The notes beneath the pieces were generated by a model. It ran no database searches and was not told the DNA's origin. It worked only from the letters and a program-made list of their open reading frames with translations. This document shows positions 37,801-46,757 of a stretch of DNA of 64,000 nucleotides, in pieces (within the stretch, counting starts at the first letter, position 1; every line of letters begins with the position of its first letter). The translations under genes and the position numbers were made by a program. Location: the NCBI GenBank assembly GCA_030658975.1, contig JAUSBL010000105.1, positions 10,971 through 74,970 of the forward strand, written 5' to 3'. Source of the stretch: Candidatus Latescibacterota bacterium. Lineage in GTDB: Bacteria > Krumholzibacteriota > Krumholzibacteriia > LZORAL124-64-63.

Positions 37801-39361
37801 GAAGGTCAACTTCACCTACGGCGGCACGACGCAGGGCCTGGCCGTCTGGCAGGATCCGCGGGACATCCCCGAGGGCGGCAACGGCCACTTCCAGGTGACG
37901 GTCCGCGCGTACGTCCGGCGTCCCGACTTCGTCCCGCTGACCACGGCCGGCTGGCACGCGCCCCTGGTGCCGACCTACCCGATGCCGGGCACGCCGGCCT
38001 CGACCCCGCTGCCCGGGACGCTGGTGGGCAACGCGACCGTGACCTACATCAACGCCCAGTTCCGCAACCAGGAGGCGGGCACGGCTGGGCTGTTCGACAG
38101 CATGATCTACCTGGACGGGGTGTCCCTGCTGGGCGAACAGATCTCCATGATGGCCGGCTTCTCCGACCGCATCCGCAACTTCCCGACCGCCCAGAACATC
38201 CGCGGCGGCCGGCACACCCTGTCGATGTTCCCCGATGCGGGGCACGACGTGACCGAGGGCGACGAGACCAACAACGCGATGGGCGTACAGTACGCCTGGT
38301 CGCCGATGAACCTGACGGCCGGGTCGGTCATCAACAGGACGGCGCCGCCGGACCCCACGGGCGGCTTCGCCGACGTGATGGCCTGGAGTTCGGATCCGAC
38401 GTGGTACAACTGCGACGGCCTGCGCTCTCCCGTGCCGGCGCCCTCGGGAGACAACGGGTGGTGGGTGGCGGTCGCGGCGCTCCCGGGCGCGGCCAGCGAT
38501 GTCGACCTGCGCCTGCACGAGAAGATCGACTCGCCGCTGCATGGTTTCCGCATGGCCCATGCCGTGTCGGTCTGGGGTCCGGCCGAGTCCGAGTACGTGC
38601 TCGTGAACTGCCGGGCCACGACGCCGCGGCAGTTCGACGTCGGGGCGATCGGCTTCGACGGCGTCGAGAGCTACCGGGTGCACGCGGCGGTGTCGTCGTT
38701 GCTGGACATCGATCCGCAGGGCGACTACGGCCCCTTCAACTTCGGCGCCACGAACCTGATCAAGCTGTACGATGTGTGGCTGCCGGCCGGCCCGCTGCTG
38801 ATCGAGCTGCGCGATACCGGCGGCGACGGCATCGACTGGGGCCTGACCCTGCACCGCGGCCAGCTGCCTTACCACGCCAAGTCGGCCTCGGCCGGCATCG
38901 TCGCCCAGAGCTGGATCGCCGGCGCGGGCCAGGACGAGAGCCTGCCCGCGGTCGTGCCGCAGGACGGGTACTACTGCCTCGCGATCTGGAAGGCCGGCGC
39001 CGCCGACGCCGCCAAAGCGGGGCAGTACGAACTGACGTTCAACCCGGGCACCACGCCGGTGCCGGGCGACAACGGCCCCCCCGTCGTCACTGCGGTGCGG
39101 GAGATCACGCCCAACCCGTTCAACCCCAGCACGCGCATCGCCTTCGACCTCGCGCGCGACGGGCGCGTCGCGCTCGAGGTGTTCGACGTGCGCGGCCGGC
39201 CGGTCCGCCGGCTGCTGGCGGCCGATCTGGCGGCCGGCCGGCACGAGGCGATCTGGGACGGCCGCGACGACGACGGCAACGGCGTGGCGAGCGGCACCTA
39301 CTTCGCACGGCTGACCGGTGCGGGCGAAGTGTCCACGCGCAAGATGCTCCTGTTGAAATGA
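34835..39361 (+). CDS. Giant (1508 aa) secreted putative zinc metalloprotease (HExxH) with an FN3-like domain and a T9SS CTD
   Basis: AGGAGGA RBS and signal peptide. HEYGHHWQQE (HExxH followed by a downstream E) plus a Cys-rich segment (CNAGGRCDDPNSDCRHCFWCEE). FN3-like domain (VELVWNAASDGDSGVNGYSVRVG...TYWFTVRAVDRAGN). C-terminal ITPNPFNPSTRIAFDL...GTYFARLTGAGEVSTRKMLLLK. Confidence 0.75.
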   Translation: MRIITRGRRSPATILLLLAFAAPALADMGPEVKMRLHAPDGAYPVAGQTFSFDFEITSATSSTVTAPVVRSGRTPAGESAWEVVSFPLPAGTRLVAMQPTTIPVQLQCNDPAQPIEISLEVENRTAMQRFYLLPQNLNAAMGGSETIMAFDSDQGPAWTTDDEFARPDPAPVTRKNVRDQRKDMPANPTTGRNIRVRGRFVYYRNSYNEDGDYRGDGLTMGADGVTVNVYDSDWEWDDLLAQTSLGPDGNYDITFWYDDAEAPDIYVEFLAANSKVDLVHPSIWNISYSWSTPTKEDYNGSHINWGLRHPASESHYAGLNLLASATRTWRWLNANGYGGIDDLLISWPDSDWPHYSSDWETIYMPEDKEWYESTVCHEYGHHWQQEYTEVDGTDYCNAGGRCDDPNSDCRHCFWCEETAGDALREGFPDWISNAVTASWPSSYGFSAIFEYDWESVNVCGWDDLDEFDDPWKTEGNIAAFLQDLVDDNNEVDPNALFGGADVANWSAQRILSTQGTYDPTTPAGLISRLRTRYPESRDVIWMAAANARFNGLDTQAPSALSGLASLSHATSGDSPDGTVELVWNAASDGDSGVNGYSVRVGTAAGLVPDVTVETTATAWTSDDLNPGTYWFTVRAVDRAGNAGTHASFGPVTIRNWTAANLEAIDGGYWPYPVVPRITGNSTYTSAPLPAVLVGNDDNTYMNVRVGNSGELTSSPIVRLNLLVDGALWWYSSIYPLEGYHDLPYMNIGPSVVKGGRHAVMMWADAHEQMAEIDEADNIFVRQFIWYPLSLYTNGTWVVRQRPPDAWGGFNPGLFSAPNCDGFAFALNSDPFVGAVMVTDDDTSDFDLRLHGHTTGPTSGFGYFDLDAFSARPAGCIEGVFVNNSQTTETVFDVGVVNHDFDGYGFKIRRMFSTLMATGSDVRFPLSPIEPLALRHFTMSGGSGTNYGTVTLQVDPAVGPVRMKVMHSGLADGGLGDIWDQAVTDADGFAKVNFTYGGTTQGLAVWQDPRDIPEGGNGHFQVTVRAYVRRPDFVPLTTAGWHAPLVPTYPMPGTPASTPLPGTLVGNATVTYINAQFRNQEAGTAGLFDSMIYLDGVSLLGEQISMMAGFSDRIRNFPTAQNIRGGRHTLSMFPDAGHDVTEGDETNNAMGVQYAWSPMNLTAGSVINRTAPPDPTGGFADVMAWSSDPTWYNCDGLRSPVPAPSGDNGWWVAVAALPGAASDVDLRLHEKIDSPLHGFRMAHAVSVWGPAESEYVLVNCRATTPRQFDVGAIGFDGVESYRVHAAVSSLLDIDPQGDYGPFNFGATNLIKLYDVWLPAGPLLIELRDTGGDGIDWGLTLHRGQLPYHAKSASAGIVAQSWIAGAGQDESLPAVVPQDGYYCLAIWKAGAADAAKAGQYELTFNPGTTPVPGDNGPPVVTAVREITPNPFNPSTRIAFDLARDGRVALEVFDVRGRPVRRLLAADLAAGRHEAIWDGRDDDGNGVASGTYFARLTGAGEVSTRKMLLLK

Positions 39362-39430
39362 CCCGATACTGAGGGTCATCCGTCCTGTATCGGGGCTCTC
39401 GCAGCGCAGGCTGCGGGGGCCCCGATTCGC
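39362..39430 (+). terminator. Cluster of GC-rich hairpins downstream of the giant HExxH gene (putative terminator)
   Basis: CCCGATAC (39362-69) pairs with GTATCGGG (39387-94). CGCAGC pairs with GCTGCG around a GCAG loop (39400-39415). Palindrome GGGGCCCC. Followed by an AT-rich TATAAATATAT element at about 39466. Confidence 0.4.
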
Positions 39431-39499
39431 TTTACCCCGCGGGAACGGGGGAGTATCCTGGAGGGTATAAATATATCACCTACCCCTTGAAGGAACCCC

Positions 39500-40138
39500 A
39501 TGACCAGCAGCTCTCGGAGCGTGCTGCCGTTAGCGACCCTGATGATCCTGGCCCTGACGACCTCCGACGCGCAGGCGCTCAGCGTCGTCGATGCGGGGAT
39601 GAAGGCCGGTGTCGCGCAGACGCGGATGAACTTCGCCGGCTACGATCGCTTCGACGGACGGCCCGGTCTGACGGCGGGCCTTTTCCTTACGGTCGAACTA
39701 GCGGACCGCCTGGCCGTCCAACCACAAGCCCTCTACGTCTGCAGGGGCGGCGCCTACAGGGACCAGGGTGGCGGCCCCTGGGGCACGCTCGAGTGGGTCC
39801 ATCTGGCGGAATTCCGTCTTGACTACCTCGAAATTCCGGTGCTGCTGCGCTATGATCTGCTGTCGGATCGCGCTTGGACACCGGTGCTGCTCGCCGGCCC
39901 GGCCTGGGGAAGGCTGCTGTCCGCGCGGTACATCCAGAACGACTGGAGCGACGCCGGCTGGTTGCGCCACCACGATTGGGCGCTGCTGGTCGGCGCTGGT
40001 CTCGAAAGGCGGACGAGCGGTGCGACCTGGAGCCTCGAACTGCTCTACAGACACGCGCTCACCGGCATCGCGAAAGGGCCACCTCCTCCCACGACTGAAG
40101 TGGATGGCCTGTCCTTGATGGTGGGACTCGGATTCTAG
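39500..40138 (+). CDS. Outer-membrane beta-barrel protein (small OmpA/OmpW-like barrel)
   Basis: GAAGGAA RBS and signal peptide. Alternating amphipathic beta strands. C-terminal ...LSLMVGLGF (terminal Phe typical of OMPs). Confidence 0.65.
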   Translation: MTSSSRSVLPLATLMILALTTSDAQALSVVDAGMKAGVAQTRMNFAGYDRFDGRPGLTAGLFLTVELADRLAVQPQALYVCRGGAYRDQGGGPWGTLEWVHLAEFRLDYLEIPVLLRYDLLSDRAWTPVLLAGPAWGRLLSARYIQNDWSDAGWLRHHDWALLVGAGLERRTSGATWSLELLYRHALTGIAKGPPPPTTEVDGLSLMVGLGF

Positions 40139-40170
40139 TCACGACAGACGGCACCCGGTTCAGCAGCGGT

Positions 40171-40617
40171 TTGACACCCGAAGGCAGGTTCCGCGTGGCG
40201 CTCAGCGCGTTCGACGACAAGTCCCGCCCGCCCGCCCCCGGCGAACTCGCCGAGGTCCTGGGCCGGGCGCTCCATCCCTGGAACGACCTCATCACCCACG
40301 TCGAGGCGACCTATCCCCCGATCACGCAGCTGTGGAACTTCGCCGGCGCCAAGTTCGGCTGGTCGTTGCGCCTGAAGTGCAAGGACCGGATCGTGCTCTA
40401 CATGACGCCACAGAGCGGCGTCTTCCAACTGGGCCTGGTCCTGGGTGAGAAAGCGGCGCAGGCCGCCCATGACATGGAGCTTCCCGATTCCGTTCTACCC
40501 CTGATCGACGCGGCGCCCCGTTATGCCGAGGGTCGCGGTATCCGTTTGCCGGTCGCCACCGACGACGATCTCGCCGCGGTCCGGGCGCTGGCGGCGCTGA
40601 AGATGGCCAAACGATAG
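40171..40617 (+). CDS. DUF3788 domain protein
   Basis: Pattern ...LWNFAGAKFGWSLRLKCKDRIVLYMTPQSGVFQLGLVLGEK... matches DUF3788. Confidence 0.6.
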   Translation: MTPEGRFRVALSAFDDKSRPPAPGELAEVLGRALHPWNDLITHVEATYPPITQLWNFAGAKFGWSLRLKCKDRIVLYMTPQSGVFQLGLVLGEKAAQAAHDMELPDSVLPLIDAAPRYAEGRGIRLPVATDDDLAAVRALAALKMAKR

Positions 40618-40625
40618 GAGAACCC

Positions 40626-41336
40626 ATGAAGTCGCTCATCGGATGCCTGATGCTGACCTGCCTCGTCGCCGGCGTTGCGTTCGCCGACACCCCGACGAAC
40701 CCGCTGGCCCCGGGTGCGCGGGCGATCCAGTTCCAGATCGGGGACAACTTCGAACTGAAGGCTTTCGACGGGATGAGCGTGTCGTTCAAGCGGCATTCCA
40801 CCGCCGAGTCGGCGTGGCGGCTCGGGGTGATGCTGGACCTTGAGATCGACGATGCGAACATGGAGGGCAGCACCACCACCACCGATGTCTTGCTTGTCCA
40901 ATCGCAAGACCGCGATTCGAACGGCCAGCGTCTCCGCGTCGATCTGCTCCAGCTGCGGTACCCCTCCCCGGGCAGGCGCGCGTGCTGGTACTGGGGTGTG
41001 GGGCCGCGGTTGCGCTTCTCGCGCTTCGAAACGGAGACCACGGCCGTGAACGGGACAGACCCGGTGTTCGATGAGCAATTCACCCGTCAATACAGCCACT
41101 CCTGGAGCGTCGGCGCACTCGGCGTGGGCGGCGTGGAATGGTTCGTGACCGGCGACGTCAGCCTCCATGCCGAGTACGCGGCTTCGCTGGAATACGGCGC
41201 CACGACCTGGGAAACCGACGTGTGGCAGGGGGAGGGCGGCGAATTGCCGAACTACCACCGCGCGACCAGCCAAACGGAGAACGACTGGGATTTCGGCGGC
41301 ACCCAGGCCATTTTCGGGGCCAGCCTGTACTTTTAA
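40626..41336 (+). CDS. Outer-membrane beta-barrel protein
   Basis: TAGGAGAA RBS and signal peptide (MKSLIGCLMLTCLVAGVAFA). C-terminal ...IFGASLYF. Confidence 0.65.
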   Translation: MKSLIGCLMLTCLVAGVAFADTPTNPLAPGARAIQFQIGDNFELKAFDGMSVSFKRHSTAESAWRLGVMLDLEIDDANMEGSTTTTDVLLVQSQDRDSNGQRLRVDLLQLRYPSPGRRACWYWGVGPRLRFSRFETETTAVNGTDPVFDEQFTRQYSHSWSVGALGVGGVEWFVTGDVSLHAEYAASLEYGATTWETDVWQGEGGELPNYHRATSQTENDWDFGGTQAIFGASLYF

Positions 41337-41349
41337 CAGAGTAGGCGTG

Positions 41350-41889
41350 ATGGATGAGCGAATCCGCCCGAGCAGGCGGCTGGCGATCCTGGCCGTCGCT
41401 GTGGTATGTGTCTTCGGCGCGGGTTGTGAGATGGTCGAGGAATGGTTCGACGAGGATCGGTACGTCCCGTTCGAATTCCCGCTGAAGTTCCTGATCCGCG
41501 AAGCGCGCCCCACCAATTGCACGGACTGTGCGCCACAGCTGCTCCTGTCGGTCGAGACGCCGCTGGAATACGAGTGTTCGAACATCGACCTCGTGCTGCG
41601 CGTGACGACGATCCCGGGCGTCGTTGAGGTCGCCATCGGCGGGTTGCGCTACCCCACGGTCGGCGATACCGCGATCGGACCAGCGACTTACGAGGGCCCG
41701 CTCGATCTGGCCACGGGCGCCTACCGGCTCGACTTCCGCCGCAAGGATTTCGTATCGACCTACCGGCTGGACATCACCGAAGATTGGATCACGGTTGCCG
41801 GGGATGACGGCGACGTCGCCGTCCCGTTACAGCGGCGCGTGGCGCGCTTGAGGAGCAACGATCGCAGCGGAGGGGACGATCCTCGATGA
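41350..41889 (+). CDS. Hypothetical lipoprotein
   Basis: Lipobox VFGAGC after a signal peptide. Its stop overlaps the downstream aminotransferase start (ATGA). Confidence 0.55.
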   Translation: MDERIRPSRRLAILAVAVVCVFGAGCEMVEEWFDEDRYVPFEFPLKFLIREARPTNCTDCAPQLLLSVETPLEYECSNIDLVLRVTTIPGVVEVAIGGLRYPTVGDTAIGPATYEGPLDLATGAYRLDFRRKDFVSTYRLDITEDWITVAGDDGDVAVPLQRRVARLRSNDRSGGDDPR

Positions 41890-43061
41890 CCGGAAACGAA
41901 ATGCTGATCCGGTACCCCGGCTACGATCTTCTGCTCCCGGACATCGTCCGCGCCGAAAACTGCCACCTCTTCGACGCGGCGGGCCGGAGGTACGTCGACC
42001 TGGAGTCCGGCGTCTGGTGCACCTCGCTGGGGCACGCGCATCCCGCGGTGCTGCGCGCGATGGCGGAGCAGGCGTCCCGGATCGCCCACACCGGCTTCTG
42101 CTACACGAGCGAAGTCGTGGCGGCCGCGGCGCGCGAGCTGCTCGCGCGGCTGGGGTTCGACGGCGGCCGCTGCGTGTTCCTGTGCTCGGGCAGCGAGGCC
42201 GTCGAGCACGGCGTCCGCACCGCGCAGGCCGTGATCGGGCGGCCGCTGCTGCTGACGATGGCCGACTCCTACTTCGGCGCCTACGGTTCGGCGAGCCGGA
42301 AGCACCAGGACGAGTGGTTCTGCTTCGATTGGGCGGCGTGCGAAGGCGGCTGCGGCGAGGGCTGCGCGCACTGGGACGCCATCCCCTTCGACCGCATCGG
42401 GGGCTTCCTGCTCGAGCCGGGCAGCTCGTCGGGCCTGGTGCGCTTCCCGCCCGTGAAGCTGGTCCGCGACCTCGCCGCGAGGATCCACGCGGACGGCGGG
42501 CTCGTCCTGGTCAACGAGGTCACCACCGGCATCGGCCGCACGGGCCGCTGGTTCGGATTCCAGCACTACGGGATCGCGCCGGACATCGTCGCGCTGGGCA
42601 AGGGCCTCGGCAACGGCTACCCCGTCAGCGCCGCCGCCTACGCGCCCGGCGTGATCGAACGGCTCGGCGGCGCGCCGGTCAAGTACGCCCAGTCTCACCA
42701 GAACGATCCGCTCGGGGCGGCGGTGGCGCGCGAGGTGCTGCGCGTCATCGACGCGGAGGGCCTGGTCGACAGGGGCGTGACCGTGGCCGAGCTGCTCCTT
42801 TCGGGCCTGGATGGGATCGCGGCGCGCACCGGCCGGATCGCGGCGATCCGCTCCCGCGGGCTGATGGTCGCCGTCGTCCTGCATGACGAAGCGCAGACGC
42901 CGTTCACGATCCGCGTCCACCGCGGGCTGGTGGAGCGCGGCTACATCGTCGGGCGCCGTCCCGGCGTGCCGGTGCTGCGCCTCGACCCGGCCCTCACGAT
43001 CGAGACCGCGGACATCGCGGGGTTCCTGGCGGCGTTCGAAGCGGCGCTGGCCGACGACTAG
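41886..43061 (+). CDS. Class III (omega-type) pyridoxal-phosphate aminotransferase
   Basis: Fold-type I class III signatures (DLESGVWCTSLGHAHP, VNEVTTGIGRTGRWFGFQHYGIAPDIVALGKGLGNGYP, with the PLP Lys in LGKGLG). Confidence 0.8.
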   Translation: MTGNEMLIRYPGYDLLLPDIVRAENCHLFDAAGRRYVDLESGVWCTSLGHAHPAVLRAMAEQASRIAHTGFCYTSEVVAAAARELLARLGFDGGRCVFLCSGSEAVEHGVRTAQAVIGRPLLLTMADSYFGAYGSASRKHQDEWFCFDWAACEGGCGEGCAHWDAIPFDRIGGFLLEPGSSSGLVRFPPVKLVRDLAARIHADGGLVLVNEVTTGIGRTGRWFGFQHYGIAPDIVALGKGLGNGYPVSAAAYAPGVIERLGGAPVKYAQSHQNDPLGAAVAREVLRVIDAEGLVDRGVTVAELLLSGLDGIAARTGRIAAIRSRGLMVAVVLHDEAQTPFTIRVHRGLVERGYIVGRRPGVPVLRLDPALTIETADIAGFLAAFEAALADD

Positions 43062-43070
43062 GGAGCGGAG

Positions 43071-43541
43071 ATGACGCGTGACCGACTGCTCGCGCGCCTG
43101 GACCTGGCCTGGCGCGACCTGCTGGCCTCCTACGAGGGACTGACCGAGGCGCAGCTGCTCACGCCGGGCGTCACGGGGGCCTGGTCGGTGCGCGACATCG
43201 TCGCGCACGTGTCGGTCTGGGAAGAGGAGGCGCTCAAGCACCTGCCGCACATCCTCGACGGCGGCCGGCCGACGCGCTATTCGGTCGCCTACGGCGGCAT
43301 CGATGCCTTCAACGCGCTGATGACGGAACGGCTCCGGGAGCTGTCGCTGCCGGAAGTGTGGCGCCGCCGGGATGAGGTCCACGCCAGGCTCGTCGCCTAC
43401 CTCGAGACGACGCCCGAGGAGCAGTTCGTCCGCGAGACCCGCTTCCGCCGACGCCTGCGCCTCGACGCCTTCGGCCATTACCCGCAGCACGCCGCGGGGA
43501 TCCGGGCGTGGCGGGATCGGAACGGTCAGGGATCGGTTTGA
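43071..43541 (+). CDS. DinB/ClbS-like four-helix-bundle protein (DinB_2 / DUF1706 type)
   Basis: WSVRDIVAHVSVWEEEAL motif typical of DinB_2/ClbS/DfsB. Confidence 0.6.
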   Translation: MTRDRLLARLDLAWRDLLASYEGLTEAQLLTPGVTGAWSVRDIVAHVSVWEEEALKHLPHILDGGRPTRYSVAYGGIDAFNALMTERLRELSLPEVWRRRDEVHARLVAYLETTPEEQFVRETRFRRRLRLDAFGHYPQHAAGIRAWRDRNGQGSV

Positions 43542-43803
43542 TGATTTGCTGATTTATTTACCATTGGTTAATTGACGGGCAAACGATATTGATCACAGCA
43601 ATCAACATGTTATGGTCTCCGACAGGATACCCCACGCCGCCGCCGCAAAATCCGCGGCCTTCCCTTGCGGTCGCGTCTTCACGCTGACCACTCGAGCTAC
43701 GCCGCGGGTCGCGGCGGCGGCACCACTTTATCGATCGCCACGACGATCTTCGGGCTCGGCGGGGCGCTGCCCAACGGCGCGGCCGAGCGCGAGAGGTGCC
43801 CGC

Positions 43804-46752
43804 ATGAGCGACGACGATCGGACCCAGCCTTTCGATCCCGAAGCCACGGCCCACACCGGCCCACCGGTGTCCCCGAACGGACCCGTCCTGCCCGCCCGCG
43901 TCGGCCGCTACCGCCCCCTGCGGATCCTCGGTCAGGGCGGCATGGGCGTGGTCTACGAGGCCGAACAGGACGAGCCGCGCCGTCGGGTAGCGCTCAAGGT
44001 GATCCGTCCCGAACTGGCCACCGCGGAGATGCGCCGGCGCTTCAGCCACGAGTCGCTGTTCCTGGGACGGCTCCAGCATCCCGGCATCGCCCAGGTCTAC
44101 GAGGCCGGCACCGCCGACACCGACTCCGGGCCGGTGCCCTTCATCGCCATGGAACTGGTGGACGGCGTCCGGCTCGGCGTATGGGACCGGGAGCAGGCCC
44201 CGGATCTGCGCGCCCGCATCGAACTGATGATCCGCTTGTGCGACGCCGTGCACCACGCCCATCAGCGCGGTCTCATCCACCGCGACCTGAAGCCGGGCAA
44301 CGTGCTGGTGGACGCCGCCGGCCACCCCCGCGTCCTGGACTTCGGCGTGGCCCGGACCGCCGACGCCGACTTCGAGACCTCGCTCGTGACGACCCACGGC
44401 GAGCTGGTGGGGACGTTGGCCTACATGAGCCCCGAACAGCTGGCCGGCGATCCGGGCGATCTCGACACCCGCAGCGACGTGTACGCCCTCGGCGTGATGC
44501 TCTACGAACTGCTCGCCGGCCGGCCGCCGCTCGCCCTGGTCAACCGCCCGCTCGAGGAAGCGTTGCGGGCCATCCGCGAGCAGGAGCCGCCGCCGCTGTC
44601 GAGCCACGATCCGCATCTGGCCGGCGACCTCACCGTCATCGCCGCCACCGCCATGGCCAAGGATCGCGAGCAGCGCTACGCCTCGGCCAACGGCCTGGGC
44701 CTGGACCTGCAAAGGTACCTCGACGACCAGCCCATCGCGGCGCGCACCCCGGGCACGGTCTACCTGCTGCGCAAGTTCGCGCGGCGGCACCGGCCGCTGG
44801 TGATCGGCGCGGTCGGGGTGGCCCTGACCCTGATCCTGGGCGTGGTCGCGAGCACGCTGCAGGCCGTGCGCGCCACCCGCGCCGAGCGGTTGGCCGAAGC
44901 GCGTCTGGACCAGGCCGAGACCGTCACCGGTTTCCTGCAGGACATGCTGGCGGCGGTCCGGCCCGAGGAGGCGCGCGGGCGCGAAGTCACCGTGCACGAG
45001 ATGCTGGATCGCGCGGCGGCGGACCTCGGCGGCGGCGCGCTGGCGGGCCGGCCGCTGGTGGAGATGGCGCTGCGCACCACCCTGGGCGGCACATACCGGA
45101 GCCTGGGCCGGTACGAAGAGTCCGACCTCCACCTGCGCCGCGCCCTGAGCCTGGCCGATTCGCTGCTGGAACCAGCAGATCCGGAGAGGCTGGAGCTGAT
45201 GCTCGATCTGGCGCGCACGGTGAAGATGCGCGGCGCCGGCGACGAGGCCGAACACCTGGTGTCGGGCGTGAGGGAGCGGACGTCTGCGCGCAGCCGCCTT
45301 TCCGCCGATGCCCTCGGCATCCTGGCCGACCTGCGCTACGAGCAGGGCCACTGGCTCCTCGCCGACAGCCTGAAGCATCAGATGCAGGACATCGTCGCCC
45401 GCAACGCGGGACCGGACTCGCTCGCCCTGGCCGACGTGCTGCAGAGCCGGGCCTTCCTCGCGGAGCAGCGCGGGGATCTGGACCGCGCCGGCGCCCACAT
45501 CCTGCGGGCGTCCGCGATCTACAGCGCCGCCTACGGCGCCGACGATCCGCGGATGATCGGGATGTTCAACAAGCGCGGGGATCTCGCCCACAGCCTGGGG
45601 CGCTTCCAGGATGCGGATTCGATCTACCGGGAAGGCCTGGCCATCGTCGAGGCGAACTACCCCGAGGACCACACGCTGCGCGGCGACGTGCTGTGGCGGC
45701 TCGGTGTCTGCCGGCTCGCCGCCGGCGATCCGGAAGCCGCCGAGCAGGCCCTCGTCGCCGCGCTGGACATCCGACGCCGGGCGCTCGGTCCCGTGCATCG
45801 CGACATCGCGCTGACCCTGCAGTCCCTGGCCGATGTCCGGAAGTCCCAGGGACGCCTCGACGAAGCCGAGACCGACCTGACCGAGTGCCGGATCATGCGC
45901 GAGCAGATCTTCGGCCGCGTCCACCCTTCGGTCGCCGCGGCGATGAACGACCTGGGCCTGCTCGCCCGCACGCGCGGACAACCGACGCGCGCCGAGAGCC
46001 TGCTGGTGCAGGCGCAGCGCATCATCGAGCAGCTTCCCGAGTCTACGGGCACCCTGGCCAGTCTCAACGCCTTCTATCTGGCCATGTCGTTGCAGGACCA
46101 GGGCCGCCACCAGGACGCCGAGGTGCATTTCAGGCGTTCTCTGGAACTCAACGCCGCGCAGTATCCCGGGCCGCACCCCGTGGTTGCCAGGGCGCAGACC
46201 AACCTCGCCACGTGTCTGTTCCGGCAGGGGCGCAAGCAGGAGGCGGCCGATCTGCAGGGCGAATCGTTGGCCATGCTGCGCACGCTCGGCGTCCGGGGCT
46301 CGGCCCTGCTGCTGGCGATCGGGAACACCGCCTTCATGCTGGACGACGCGGACCGCCTGGACGAAGCCGCGCCCCTGCACCGCGAATACATCGAGATCGC
46401 GGGCGAGGTGTACGCCGAACAGGAGCCCGGCCGCACCGACGCCCGATTGCGTTACTTCGACAACCTGGCCCGCCGGCAGCGGTGGGCCGAGGCCGAGGAA
46501 GAGGCGCGGGCGATCATCGGCTGGCGGGAGCGCTTCCTCCCCGACAGTGATTTCAGGTCCCGCAGCGGCGGCGTGTTCCTGGCCGAGGCCCTGCTGGGGC
46601 AGGGCCGCAGCGCGGCGGCGGACAGCGTGCTGGTCGTCGCCGAGGTCGCGCTGCAGAGGTACGCCGACGTGCCGGAGAAGGCCCGGCAGCGCTTCCAGCG
46701 GGTCCGCGCCGAGGTGGACGCCGCCCACGGCCGGGTCAGCGCGAGCCGATGA
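43804..46752 (+). CDS. Ser/Thr protein kinase, membrane-anchored, with a long C-terminal TPR array (paralog of 30981..33581)
   Basis: GQGGMGVVYEAEQ, ALKVI, HRDLKPGNVLV, DFGVAR, SPEQ. TM helix (LVIGAVGVALTLILGVVASTL). More than 10 TPR repeats. Confidence 0.88.
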   Translation: MSDDDRTQPFDPEATAHTGPPVSPNGPVLPARVGRYRPLRILGQGGMGVVYEAEQDEPRRRVALKVIRPELATAEMRRRFSHESLFLGRLQHPGIAQVYEAGTADTDSGPVPFIAMELVDGVRLGVWDREQAPDLRARIELMIRLCDAVHHAHQRGLIHRDLKPGNVLVDAAGHPRVLDFGVARTADADFETSLVTTHGELVGTLAYMSPEQLAGDPGDLDTRSDVYALGVMLYELLAGRPPLALVNRPLEEALRAIREQEPPPLSSHDPHLAGDLTVIAATAMAKDREQRYASANGLGLDLQRYLDDQPIAARTPGTVYLLRKFARRHRPLVIGAVGVALTLILGVVASTLQAVRATRAERLAEARLDQAETVTGFLQDMLAAVRPEEARGREVTVHEMLDRAAADLGGGALAGRPLVEMALRTTLGGTYRSLGRYEESDLHLRRALSLADSLLEPADPERLELMLDLARTVKMRGAGDEAEHLVSGVRERTSARSRLSADALGILADLRYEQGHWLLADSLKHQMQDIVARNAGPDSLALADVLQSRAFLAEQRGDLDRAGAHILRASAIYSAAYGADDPRMIGMFNKRGDLAHSLGRFQDADSIYREGLAIVEANYPEDHTLRGDVLWRLGVCRLAAGDPEAAEQALVAALDIRRRALGPVHRDIALTLQSLADVRKSQGRLDEAETDLTECRIMREQIFGRVHPSVAAAMNDLGLLARTRGQPTRAESLLVQAQRIIEQLPESTGTLASLNAFYLAMSLQDQGRHQDAEVHFRRSLELNAAQYPGPHPVVARAQTNLATCLFRQGRKQEAADLQGESLAMLRTLGVRGSALLLAIGNTAFMLDDADRLDEAAPLHREYIEIAGEVYAEQEPGRTDARLRYFDNLARRQRWAEAEEEARAIIGWRERFLPDSDFRSRSGGVFLAEALLGQGRSAAADSVLVVAEVALQRYADVPEKARQRFQRVRAEVDAAHGRVSASR

Positions 46753-46757
46753 GCGGG

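Noticed and set aside
35804-39379. 1191-aa minus-strand ORF antisense to the giant HExxH gene, and 894-aa plus-strand alternate frame (36688..39372)
   Set aside because: The sense frame is continuous from signal peptide to CTD. These are GC-rich shadow ORFs.
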